64,000 nt of DNA, from NCBI GenBank assembly GCA_030765605.1, contig JAVCCG010000095.1, positions 7,489 to 71,488 on the forward strand, given 5' to 3'. The stretch comes from Candidatus Alcyoniella australis. Its GTDB lineage: Bacteria; Lernaellota; Lernaellaia; JAVCCG01; Alcyoniellaceae. This document shows positions 50,625 through 59,929 of this stretch, piece by piece. Position 1 is the first letter of the stretch. Every line of letters begins with the position of its first letter. Below the pieces are notes generated by a model, which worked only from the letters and a program-made list of their open reading frames with translations, was not told where the DNA came from and did no database searches. The position numbers and the translations under genes were made by a program.

Positions 50625-51601
50625 TCCGCCCCGAAAAGTCCACGCATGCGCTTGAGGCTTTGCTCGGCCTGCTGCGCCATCTCCTCAATCAAGACCTTGA
50701 TCGGCCTGATCTCTTTGATAAAGCCCACGGCCTGGCCCAGCCACAGCACGCCGGCATCCAGGTTCCCATCCTGCCACAGGGCCTGCGATTTGGCCCCGGA
50801 GATCAGGGGCAGCAGTTGTTCGATGTCAGCCTGTTCTTCCTCCATCTGCTGCACCTTGTGCGCAACCTCGGTGTCGGCCACGCGGTGGGTGTTGTGCAGC
50901 GAGCGCAGGATCAACGTGGTCTCGTGCTCCTGCAGCCGGATCAGCTCCTCGCGCACCCGCGGGTGGATCTTCGCCTCCTCGGCCGACAGCAGCAGCGTGC
51001 CGATGATCGCCGCATCAGCGCCCAGGGCCAGCATCGCGGCCAGTCCGCGGCCGTCGCCCACGCCGCCGCCGCCGATCAACGGCAGCGAGACCGAGTCCAC
51101 TGTGCGCGGGATCAGTATGCTCGTGGCCAGGTCGAGTACTCCGGTGGCGCCGCCGTTCTCCCAGCCGACCACGGCCACGGCGTCCACGCCCACCGACTCG
51201 GCCTTGCGCGCGTAGCGCGGAGCCACGCACTTGTGGATCAGCAGCATGCCCGCGTCGTGGATCCGGCCCACCAGATCATCGGGCGCCTTGTGGCCCGAGG
51301 TCTCGACGATCTTGATTCCCTCGCGCTCCATTTCGTCCAGGTAGAGGTTGTTGTCCGCCTGCTGGATCGCGGGGAACATGTTGAGGTTGACTGCGAAAGG
51401 TTTGTCGGTCAGGTCCTTGGTCTGCTTAAGCGCGTCGCGGAACTGCGGCATCTGTTTGTAGTTGGCCGAGGCCAGAATTCCCAGGGCGCCGGCCTCGCTG
51501 ATCGCCGCGGTGAGCTCGGGGTAGCTTAAGTACATCATCGTGCCGCCGATAACCGGATATTGGATGCCCAGCAGCTCGGTTATTCTCGTTTTGAACATCA
51601 A
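50621..51601 (-). CDS. Nitronate monooxygenase / FabK-like flavin oxidoreductase
   Basis: TRITELLGIQYPVIGG, PFAVNL, IHKC, GGGVGDGRGLAA.LALGA, GQAVG. Confidence 0.8.
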   Translation of the reverse strand: MMFKTRITELLGIQYPVIGGTMMYLSYPELTAAISEAGALGILASANYKQMPQFRDALKQTKDLTDKPFAVNLNMFPAIQQADNNLYLDEMEREGIKIVETSGHKAPDDLVGRIHDAGMLLIHKCVAPRYARKAESVGVDAVAVVGWENGGATGVLDLATSILIPRTVDSVSLPLIGGGGVGDGRGLAAMLALGADAAIIGTLLLSAEEAKIHPRVREELIRLQEHETTLILRSLHNTHRVADTEVAHKVQQMEEEQADIEQLLPLISGAKSQALWQDGNLDAGVLWLGQAVGFIKEIRPIKVLIEEMAQQAEQSLKRMRGLFGAD

Positions 51602-51770
51602 TGCGCTCCTCGCTTACGAACCATCATGAATGATACGGGTAATGCCCCGCATCCTACATGTCATCTTGCCGTTCACTCAAGCGGGCTCATTGTGCCTGTA
51701 TGTGCTTTTCATTATATTAGCAACGGAATTTGCGCCCAGCCGGTTGCCACGCGCAGCCTGATTAGGAGAA

Positions 51771-52244
51771 ATGATGAGCAGCAGAGCGATATACATCGTT
51801 GTCTTCTCGCTATTGACGGCGCTGCTGCTGGCGGCCTCGTGCGGCAGCGGTTCGTCCGGCGACGATGACGACGACGACGACAGCGAGGTGCTCGGAACCC
51901 TGGCCGGGACGATCCAGTACGACGGCGACGCTGTGGGCGAGGAGATCGTGATCGGCCTGATCAACGAGTGGCCGATGACCAGCCCGCCCCAACAGTTCAT
52001 CAGGGTGACCGTGCCCGATGGCGGGTTTCCCATGGCCTACGAGATCGAGCTGAACTACGTCGGCGACTATTTTCTGGCCTCGTTCCTCGACGTCGACCCG
52101 ATGGACGGCGTGGCAATGAACAGCGAGATCGACCCGATGGATATGCCCGACGAGGGCGAGACCAAACAGACTCTGGTCCAGGGAGTCAACCAGCGCGACT
52201 TCACGCTGCTCGATCCCGAGGACGTCGATTTCTGGTGGCAGTGA
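51771..52244 (+). CDS. Lipoprotein with one copy of an uncharacterised ~110 aa repeat domain
   Basis: SD AGGAG; lipobox AASC + poly-Asp; domain homologous to both domains of the next gene. Confidence 0.8.
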   Translation: MMSSRAIYIVVFSLLTALLLAASCGSGSSGDDDDDDDSEVLGTLAGTIQYDGDAVGEEIVIGLINEWPMTSPPQQFIRVTVPDGGFPMAYEIELNYVGDYFLASFLDVDPMDGVAMNSEIDPMDMPDEGETKQTLVQGVNQRDFTLLDPEDVDFWWQ

Positions 52245-52282
52245 GCGTACACTCCGACCACCCCTAGACAGAATTGGCTAAA

Positions 52283-53119
52283 ATGAAACGTAACAAGCTT
52301 ACTTGGTTGTTTGCAATCGTGACGCTGCTTGCGGCGCTGATCTGGATCATTGCCTTGCCCGCGTGCTCTGGCGACGATGACGACGATGACAACGACGACG
52401 ACGATTGGAGCAATTTTCCGGCCACAATCAGCGGCACAATGTCCTACGAGGGCGACGCCGTGGGCGCGCAGGTGATGATCGCCATCGCCGACCAGTGGCC
52501 GATGACATCGGCGCCGCTGTACTTCACCTACGTCGACGTGCCGCAAAGCGGATTCCCCTTCTCCTATCGCGCGGGCCTGGATCGCACCGGGCCGCTCTAC
52601 GTGTTGGCGCTGATCGACGTCGACCCGGACGACGGCCTGGGCATGAATCCCGAGCTCGATCCGCTGGACATCCCCGAGGAGCCCAGCCAGATCGTGGCCG
52701 GCGACAACGTGATCGACTTCAACTTCCTCGACCCGGATCAGATCGCGGACGACGACGATGATGACGACGACGACGACGACGATGACGACGACGTCACCGG
52801 GGTCAAGGGCGTGTTGGTCTACGACGGCGCGGCCGTGGGCGAGAACGTGGTGATCGGTCTGTGGGACACGCCGCTGCCGTTTCCCACCAGCGCGCCGGAC
52901 CACTCGTTTCAGGTTCCGGTGCCCGAGAGCGGATTTGCCTTTGAGTACCGCGTTGAGTCCGAGGTGCCCGGCGAGTGGCGCATGGCCGCCTACCTCGACG
53001 TGAACCCCGAGGACGGTCCGAGCATGAACGACGTGGATCCGCGCGACATGACCTTTGGCCAGACCACCATCGTCAGCGGGCAAATGGCGACCCGCGACTT
53101 CATGCTGGTCGACAACTGA
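52283..53119 (+). CDS. Lipoprotein with two tandem copies of the same domain
   Basis: Lipobox LPAC + poly-Asp; the two domains are joined by a long poly-Asp linker. Confidence 0.8.
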   Translation: MKRNKLTWLFAIVTLLAALIWIIALPACSGDDDDDDNDDDDWSNFPATISGTMSYEGDAVGAQVMIAIADQWPMTSAPLYFTYVDVPQSGFPFSYRAGLDRTGPLYVLALIDVDPDDGLGMNPELDPLDIPEEPSQIVAGDNVIDFNFLDPDQIADDDDDDDDDDDDDDDVTGVKGVLVYDGAAVGENVVIGLWDTPLPFPTSAPDHSFQVPVPESGFAFEYRVESEVPGEWRMAAYLDVNPEDGPSMNDVDPRDMTFGQTTIVSGQMATRDFMLVDN

Positions 53120-53150
53120 GCCGCGCAACAGGCAATCAAGGCAGCGTAGC

Positions 53151-55244
53151 GTGAACATCCTGGGAATAAAAACCTATTGTCCGATGGCGCTGCTGGCCGC
53201 GGCCGTGGCTATGCTGTGCGTATTAATGCCGGCGGCGGCGATTGCCGCGGATCAAGAACAGAACGACGACGACGACGATCAGGACCAGGGCGAGGGCAAC
53301 GACGTCGAGCTGCCCGAGCTGGTGGTCACCGGCACACGAACGCCGCACGAGCTATCCGATGCGCCGGTGCCGATCTCGATCGTCGAGGGCGACGAGATCG
53401 AGGCCGCGGGCGCTGTTGACGCGGGCGATGCGATCCAGAGCGTGCCCGGCGTGTTCGTCGACGACTACGAGTCGGCCAGTCGCGGCGGCCCGGGATCGGG
53501 CGTCAACCTGCAAGGCCTGCCCACCGACCGCGTGCTGATCCTGGTCGACGGCCAGCGCGTGCCCTGGACCATGCGCGCGCCCGACCTCGAACTGATCCCC
53601 GCGCGGCTGATCCGCCGTGTGGAGGTAGTTAAGGGACCGGCCAGCTCGCTCTACGGCTCGGACGCCGTGGGCGGCGTGGTCAACATCCTGACCCACAACC
53701 CGACCCGCAAGCCGCGCGCCGAGTTCGAGCTCGGCGCGGGCAGCTTCTATACCTTCGGCGGTAACGTTTTTCACTCCTGGTCCGCCGGTCCCATGGGTTG
53801 GGTGCTGAACTTCAACCGCGAGCAGTCCGACGGCTGGATCGACGCCAACGCCGCGCGTTCGCTGATCCAGATGGGCAAGGGCGTGGTCGACACCCTGCCC
53901 AAGCCCTACCACCGCGGGCATCCCTACGAGCTCAACGACGTCTTCGGCAAGCTCACGGCGCGCGCCGGCGAGCACCTCAAACTGCGGGCCCAGTCGCGCT
54001 ACCACTGGGAGGACAACCAGCTCAGCGACACCGACTACGGCACGGTCTCGGACAACAAAACGCGACTGTCCGGCCTGGTCGGCGCGCAGCTCGACATCGG
54101 ACGACTCAGCGTCGATCTGGACCTGGGATACTTTCGCCGCACGTTCCGCTATCGCGAGTTCTCCACGACCTACGTGATTAATCCCGTGCCTCCGCCGGAC
54201 TACATCAAGGGCACCTCGAACAAGGGCAACACCACGGTCGGCGATGATTTCGACGCGCAGCTCAACTCCTCGTACCTGCTGGCCGGCTGGAACCTGCTCA
54301 GCGCCGGGCTCGCCTGGCGTCACGAGCAACTGGACTACTCGGCGTTCGAGACCAGCTCGATGACCGACGCCGAGCAGGCCTACGACGCATTTCAAACAGT
54401 GCTTTCGGCCTATTTGCAGGACGAGCTGTTTCTGCTGGGCGGTCGCTGGTCGATCGTGCCCGGCGTGCGTGTGGACTATCACGACACATGGGGCGTGGAG
54501 ACCAACCCCAAGCTTTCGACCCTGGCCAAGCTCGGACCGAGCACCGCGCTGCGCTTAAGCGCGGGCAGGGCGTTTCTGGCGCCAACGCTCTCGCAGCTCT
54601 ATCGGCCGACCTTCCGCCATTCGGGTTACTACATGACCGGCAACGAGCAGCTCGAGCCCGAACAGGCCTGGGGATTCAACGCCGAGCTCGAACAGTCGAT
54701 TTTCGAGTACGCACGGATCTGCGGCGGATACTTCCAGTACGAGATCGAGGAGATGATCTACACCACCGTGCTCGAGGACGACTACGTCAGCGGCCTGCCG
54801 CTGATGACCTACACCAACCTCAAAAGCGCGCGGATTTACGGGGCCGAGGGGTCGGTCGGCGTCTATCCCCACGACTGGGTCGGGCTGCAACTGAGCTACA
54901 CCTACAGCGAGACGCGCGACCTGGACGAAGACCAGCCGTTGGGCACTACTCCCAAGCACAACGCCTCGGCGCGGCTGTTCTGGGAGATCGAGCCCTGGGG
55001 CCTGGGCGGACACGTCGGCGCGCAGTATCAGTCCCAGCGTGACTACATCGGCATGGGCGGACGCTGGTACACGGCGGACGAGCGCTTCAGCACCAGCGCG
55101 CGGATCTATCAGCGCATCGGCCGCCACGTGGAGCTGGGGTTCAAGGTCGATAACTGGCTGGGGTACAAGTGGGACCGCGAAGGGGACGGCGATTGCGACA
55201 TGCCGCCCACCGGCTATTACGGATCGCTCAAGCTCAAATTGTAG
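53151..55244 (+). CDS. TonB-dependent receptor (BtuB/CirA-like plug and barrel)
   Basis: TonB box ELVVTGTRT, VLILVDG, IRRVEVVKGPASSLYGSDAVGGVVNI, AFLAPTLSQLY, GNEQLEPE. Start GTG 53151 or ATG 53184. Confidence 0.92.
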   Translation: MNILGIKTYCPMALLAAAVAMLCVLMPAAAIAADQEQNDDDDDQDQGEGNDVELPELVVTGTRTPHELSDAPVPISIVEGDEIEAAGAVDAGDAIQSVPGVFVDDYESASRGGPGSGVNLQGLPTDRVLILVDGQRVPWTMRAPDLELIPARLIRRVEVVKGPASSLYGSDAVGGVVNILTHNPTRKPRAEFELGAGSFYTFGGNVFHSWSAGPMGWVLNFNREQSDGWIDANAARSLIQMGKGVVDTLPKPYHRGHPYELNDVFGKLTARAGEHLKLRAQSRYHWEDNQLSDTDYGTVSDNKTRLSGLVGAQLDIGRLSVDLDLGYFRRTFRYREFSTTYVINPVPPPDYIKGTSNKGNTTVGDDFDAQLNSSYLLAGWNLLSAGLAWRHEQLDYSAFETSSMTDAEQAYDAFQTVLSAYLQDELFLLGGRWSIVPGVRVDYHDTWGVETNPKLSTLAKLGPSTALRLSAGRAFLAPTLSQLYRPTFRHSGYYMTGNEQLEPEQAWGFNAELEQSIFEYARICGGYFQYEIEEMIYTTVLEDDYVSGLPLMTYTNLKSARIYGAEGSVGVYPHDWVGLQLSYTYSETRDLDEDQPLGTTPKHNASARLFWEIEPWGLGGHVGAQYQSQRDYIGMGGRWYTADERFSTSARIYQRIGRHVELGFKVDNWLGYKWDREGDGDCDMPPTGYYGSLKLKL

Positions 55245-55252
55245 AGCGGCGG

Positions 55253-55427
55253 GATAAAGATCGAGAAATCGATCTTTATATGTAGGGCTCGCCTGGGCGG
55301 CTTGGAGCCGCCACAAAACTCGCAAAGCACGCTGGTCGCAGCGCCACCCACCCCGCGCCGCGGAGAAGATCGTGGAGTTATGACTATGGTCCGCCCGCGT
55401 GCCATGCGGGCACCTCAAAGGTGCCTG
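55253..55427. repeat. ~175 bp REP/BIME-like composite palindromic element, copy 2
   Basis: AAAGATCGA-GAAA-TCGATCTTT, GTAGGG, hairpin GGCGGCT-TGG-AGCCGCC (55296-55312), linker, hairpin GGCACCT-CAA-AGGTGCC (55409-55425). Confidence 0.8.
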
Positions 55428-57079
55428 AGGACGTAGACCTGTTTTCCCTCAGCGTCCGCAACCGCGTCCACTGACCGATAGGGCGGCAGGTCGGCGCACA
55501 GCTCATCGAGCTGTTGCGCGGGCACATAGCCGAAATCTTCGCGCCGGGTGATCGGACCGCACGGCTCGCGATCCGGTGTGAGGATCAGACCAAGGGGTGG
55601 GCCCAGGCGATAGAACAACGGATTGTGCTCGATCCCCACGTGCTCGTAGCTGTAGATCGGCACGATGCTCATGCCGTAATACGCGCTGTAGAGCATCACC
55701 TCGGCGGGCTCCACGCTGACCGTGCCCATGATTGCCGCGCTTGAACTTTGCGGCCACTGCCCGTGACGCAGCAGGGCGCAGGTGATGTCCAGGGACGCGC
55801 GCTCGAATCCGCGCGGCGAACGCGGTACGTCCTGCTCGAACACGAAACTGCGCGAGCGCCCGACCTGAGGGTCGAAGCTCAGATCCAAGACCCGGACCCA
55901 GCCCAAGCCAAGCGCCACACAGATTGCGGCGGTTGCCATCAATGCCCGACGTTTGGGAAGCAGGGCGCGCGCCTGCACGAGTCCCACGCTGATCAGCACG
56001 GCCAGGGCGGGCAGCACCAACAGCAGCCGTCGCGATTCGCGGTTGGGCCATGCGCTGAGGAACGCCAGGGCGGCCAGGCAGTACGCGACCAGGAACGCCG
56101 CGGCACGGCGCTTGCGGTTCGCTCGACTCAGGGCCAGGGGCATGGAGGCAATGGCGGCCAGGGCCCACCAGGGTTCGATGCTTACTCGGAACAGCTCGAC
56201 CGGCAGGGCCAGAAAGGGCAGGGCGCCCAGCGCACCGGGCAGGCTGAACTCGGGCGCGAACGGTCCCTCGGACAGGCCGGCGCGTAAAATCGCCAGCGAC
56301 CCGGAGGGTACGATTTGAAAGTAGAGCCACAGGCCCAGGCCGAAGCTCGCCAGGGATAAAAATAGGTTGAGCCCAACCCTGCCGGTGTGCCGCAGCCGGT
56401 CGCGCGAGCGCCGCAGCTCGAGTAACACGGCGCACAGCCCGGCAACGATCGCGGGCAGGGCGTAGATCGGGAACTCGTAGCGTACGAGCATTCCGGCGCT
56501 GAGCAGCAAGCCGGTGAAGATCGCGGTCAACGGCCTGAACCCGGCGCGCATGCGCCAGGCGGCCAGCGGCAGCCAGGCGGCCAGGGCCATGGCGCTGACC
56601 TCGAGGTGCATCACGCGGGTAAAGCCCAGGATCGCGGGGAAGGCCAGTACGATCAGAGCGGCGAGCAGGCCTTGGGCCGGACCCAACAGCGTGCGTCCCA
56701 ATGCCGCGGCAGCCAGCACCAGCAAAATCAGCGCGGGGAGCAACGCCGCGACCTCGGCCGTTCGTCCGGGACCCAGGCGCGTGGTCAGCCAGGCCGGGAG
56801 CAGCACCCAGGCGTTGAACACGCGCAACGGCAGTCCGTGCCAAGCCTGGATCAGTGTGGCGAGGTCGGGCCGGTCCGATACGCTCAGCGCCTGATGTGCA
56901 ATCTGACGGGCGTTGACCGAGTACTTGAAGCTGTCCAGTTCCGGCGGCAACGGGTTCAGGTCCAGGGCCGCCCAGCTTAGGTTGATCCAGCACGCAACGC
57001 ACAGCGCCAGCAGCAGCAGCAACGCGGCCGGTGCGATCAGCGCACTACGCGCGATCGGTTTATTAAGGTCGAGTCTCAT
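55415..57079 (-). CDS. Polytopic membrane glycosyltransferase, GT-C (ArnT/PMT-like)
   Basis: Many TM helices, acidic first-loop motif (PELDS), GLLAALI..FP..GFTR..HLE, GMLVRYE, RRLLLVLPALAV. Confidence 0.6.
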   Translation of the reverse strand: MRLDLNKPIARSALIAPAALLLLLALCVACWINLSWAALDLNPLPPELDSFKYSVNARQIAHQALSVSDRPDLATLIQAWHGLPLRVFNAWVLLPAWLTTRLGPGRTAEVAALLPALILLVLAAAALGRTLLGPAQGLLAALIVLAFPAILGFTRVMHLEVSAMALAAWLPLAAWRMRAGFRPLTAIFTGLLLSAGMLVRYEFPIYALPAIVAGLCAVLLELRRSRDRLRHTGRVGLNLFLSLASFGLGLWLYFQIVPSGSLAILRAGLSEGPFAPEFSLPGALGALPFLALPVELFRVSIEPWWALAAIASMPLALSRANRKRRAAAFLVAYCLAALAFLSAWPNRESRRLLLVLPALAVLISVGLVQARALLPKRRALMATAAICVALGLGWVRVLDLSFDPQVGRSRSFVFEQDVPRSPRGFERASLDITCALLRHGQWPQSSSAAIMGTVSVEPAEVMLYSAYYGMSIVPIYSYEHVGIEHNPLFYRLGPPLGLILTPDREPCGPITRREDFGYVPAQQLDELCADLPPYRSVDAVADAEGKQVYVLRHL

Positions 57080-57096
57080 AGCGATAGCGACAAGGG

Positions 57097-58008
57097 CTAC
57101 CAGACGATCTTGTGCCGGGCTGGATACTTCTCCTCGAACTTGGTCGTGTCGAGCTCATAGCGCATGTTATCCAGAAAGGTCTGCACCGCCTCGGCGTACT
57201 CGGGATCGTTGAAATAGGCCTTGATCCGCGGGGAGTGCGGCTTGATCTGCTCCTCGGCGAACCACTTGACCGCCTCGCCCGATTCCGCGTCGCGCACGCA
57301 TTCGAGGTAGACCGCCCACGAGACCTGGCTCAGGTCCATCCCCAGCTCGCTCATATCGCGCCAGATCGCCGACATCTCGGCCTGCTTGCGCGGGTCGAAA
57401 AAGTCGAAGAACTCGGAGTAGATCAAAGCGTTGTTGATGTACTCCGGGAAGTTGAGCAGCCCCTCTTTGGACAGCAGCTTGGTCAGCGCGTTGAGCAGGT
57501 GCACCACCTCGTTGCCCACGCCCAGGCCGGGGTGGTTTTGGCCGGGCAGCCGCGGCTTGTGCTCGCCGAACTCGCGGCGTTGGTCCTGCATCAGCATCCA
57601 CTCGATTACCAGCAAGTCCATCTGCTGTAGGTCGTGCCCCTCGAGGAATTTGACCTTGGGAGTGAACGAACCCTCCTTGACGATCACCTCGCCCAGCAGG
57701 CAGTACTCGTCGTCTTGGGGGTGCTCGATGGTCATCCGATAGGCGTAGGGGCCGTGGTCGGTGTAGCTGATCTTCAGGTCTTGGTATCCGCGGGCCGCGA
57801 GCTTGGCCGTGATGCCGAACCGTTCGAGCGCCTCGCGTACCTGAGTAGCGCTGTAGGTTCCCAAAAACAGCGCCGAGCTCTTGGTGCCGTCAAGCTGATC
57901 GGCCAGCTCGTCATCGGACAGGTCCAGTCCTTGCTCCAGGCCCGAGGGCGCGAAGAAATCGAAATGGTGAAACACTCGCGGTTTCCAGGAGCCCCGTAAG
58001 GGAGTCAT
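57097..58008 (-). CDS. Conserved-looking hypothetical cytoplasmic protein (LPGQxHPGLG motif)
   Basis: Strong coding bias; IEWMLMQD..PRLPGQNHPGLGVG..GLLNFPEY..NALIY. Confidence 0.65.
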   Translation of the reverse strand: MTPLRGSWKPRVFHHFDFFAPSGLEQGLDLSDDELADQLDGTKSSALFLGTYSATQVREALERFGITAKLAARGYQDLKISYTDHGPYAYRMTIEHPQDDEYCLLGEVIVKEGSFTPKVKFLEGHDLQQMDLLVIEWMLMQDQRREFGEHKPRLPGQNHPGLGVGNEVVHLLNALTKLLSKEGLLNFPEYINNALIYSEFFDFFDPRKQAEMSAIWRDMSELGMDLSQVSWAVYLECVRDAESGEAVKWFAEEQIKPHSPRIKAYFNDPEYAEAVQTFLDNMRYELDTTKFEEKYPARHKIVW

Positions 58009-58187
58009 CTTCAGCCGGGATTATTCATAGTGTTTACGTTACATCACACAATCGGTTCGCAGTCGTCTGGTTATCATCAGCGGCGTGGTTCCAATAGAGC
58101 GTACCCGCAGCAACGTGGGCCTGTCAACGGTTCTGCGCGTGGCGTCCACTGCCGGATAAGCGGCAAATAGCCTTTGAAACCAACATG

Positions 58188-58217
58188 TTGACACCTGTTG
58201 CGCCGCGGCTGTAGTAT
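58188..58217 (+). promoter_or_regulatory. Putative sigma70 promoter of the ilvD-like operon
   Basis: TTGACA-18 nt-TAGTAT, ~20 nt before ATG 58238; palindrome CAACATGTTG (58181-58190) overlaps the -35. Confidence 0.55.
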
Positions 58218-58237
58218 TGGCGCCCCAAAGGAAGCAA

Positions 58238-59911
58238 ATGGAAAAGTACGACATCGATTCAGCATACGCCCGCGCACTGTTTCACGCCTGCGGCGTGGGT
58301 GCGGACAAGTTCGCCGGGCTGAAGATCGGCGTGGCCAACTCATGGAACGAGCTGGTGCCCGGCCACGTGCATTTGCGCGGCCTGGCCGACCTGGTCAAGT
58401 CCGCAGTGCGCGACGCCGGAGCCACGGCGTTGGAGTTCAATACCATCGCGCTGTGCGACGGGATCTGCCAGGGCCGGGGGATGCACGCGGTGCTTCCCTC
58501 GCGCGAGGTGGTGGCCGCGTCGGTGGAACTCACGGCCCGCGCCTACCAATTTGACGCACTGGTAATGCTCTGCTCGTGCGACAAGATCGTGCCCGGCATG
58601 CTGATGGCCGCGGCGCGGTTGGATCTGCCCACGCTGTTTCTCACCGGCGGATTGATGGATGTCGGAGAATTCGGCGGGCGCGTGACCGTGGCCTCGGACG
58701 TCAAGGAGGGGATCGGCCGCGCCCAACGCGGCGATCTGAGCGCTGACGAGCTGCGCGCCCTGGGCGAGGCGGCCTGTCCCGGCCCGGGCGTGTGCAACAT
58801 GCTGGGAACCGCCAATACGATGTGTACGCTGGTGGAGGCCGCGGGCCTGAGCCTGCCGGGCAACGCCACAGTGGCGGCCAACGGCGAGGCGTTGCGCGAC
58901 ATGGCGCGACGCGTGGGCGAGCTGGCTGTCGAACTGGCGCGCAATGGCGGCCCCACTGCGCGGCGGCATTTGAGCGCGGGCTCGCTGCGCAACTTGGTGC
59001 GCACGGTCCAGGCCAGCGGCGGATCGGCCAACGCGGTGCTGCATCTGCTGGCCCTGGCCCGCGAGCTGGACGACGATCTATCGCTGGACGACTTCGACCG
59101 ATTGGGCGCTGACACGCCTCTGCTGTGCAAATTCAAACCCAGTTCCGAGCTGACTGTAAGCGACTTCGGCGCGGCGGGCGGGGTCTCGACGCTGCTGCGC
59201 GCATTGGGTTCGCGCATCGACGCAACGGTTCCGACCATCGAGGGCCACACGTTGGCCCAACGCGCGGCCGATGCGCCCGAGCCCGACGGTACGATCATTC
59301 ATGCGATCGACGATCCGCTCGAGCCGCGCGGCGGGATCGTGGTGCTGCGCGGCAGCCTTGCGCCGCACGGCGCGGTGGTTAAGGAATCGGGGGTCGATCC
59401 GCAAATGCGCGTACATCAGGGACCGGCGCGGGTGGCTGATTGCGAGGAGGACGTCACGCATTTGCTGCGCGAGCGGCTGGTGCAACCCGGCGACGTGCTG
59501 GTGGTGCGCTACGAGGGCCCGCGCGGCGGACCGGGCATGCGCGAGCTGAGCCTGCCCGCGGCAATGCTCGTGGGCCAAGGGTTGCACACCTCGGTGGCGA
59601 TGGTCACCGACGGCCGCTTTTCCGGGGCCACGCGCGGACCGTGCGTGGGCTACATCTGCCCCGAGGCCTGGGATTGCGGACCCCTGGCATTGGTGCGCGA
59701 CGGCGACCAGGTGCGCATCGACCTCGAGGCCAAGGCCCTGGACCTGCTGGTCGACGACGACGAAATGACGCGCCGCGCCAAAGCCTGGCAGCGGCCCGCC
59801 AAAGATCGCGGCACGGGCTTCCTGCGGCTCTACGCCGACAACGCGTCGTCGGCCGCGGACGGCGCGCGGATTGAAACGCGAGGCGAGCCGGGCGATGATG
59901 CGTCCGAATAA
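58238..59911 (+). CDS. ilvD: IlvD/Edd-family dihydroxy-acid dehydratase
   Basis: ANSWNELVPGHVHL, CDGI, CDKIVPGMLMAA, GVCNMLGTANTM, YEGPRGGPGMRE, TDGRFSGATRG. Confidence 0.85.
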   Translation: MEKYDIDSAYARALFHACGVGADKFAGLKIGVANSWNELVPGHVHLRGLADLVKSAVRDAGATALEFNTIALCDGICQGRGMHAVLPSREVVAASVELTARAYQFDALVMLCSCDKIVPGMLMAAARLDLPTLFLTGGLMDVGEFGGRVTVASDVKEGIGRAQRGDLSADELRALGEAACPGPGVCNMLGTANTMCTLVEAAGLSLPGNATVAANGEALRDMARRVGELAVELARNGGPTARRHLSAGSLRNLVRTVQASGGSANAVLHLLALARELDDDLSLDDFDRLGADTPLLCKFKPSSELTVSDFGAAGGVSTLLRALGSRIDATVPTIEGHTLAQRAADAPEPDGTIIHAIDDPLEPRGGIVVLRGSLAPHGAVVKESGVDPQMRVHQGPARVADCEEDVTHLLRERLVQPGDVLVVRYEGPRGGPGMRELSLPAAMLVGQGLHTSVAMVTDGRFSGATRGPCVGYICPEAWDCGPLALVRDGDQVRIDLEAKALDLLVDDDEMTRRAKAWQRPAKDRGTGFLRLYADNASSAADGARIETRGEPGDDASE

Positions 59912-59929
59912 AATCAGGGGTAGCAGACG

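Noticed and set aside
51602..51770. Cobalamin riboswitch or Fur/NikR box upstream of the lipoprotein-TBDR operon
   Set aside because: No recognisable B12-box or convincing operator palindrome by eye; an Rfam scan would be needed to exclude it fully.
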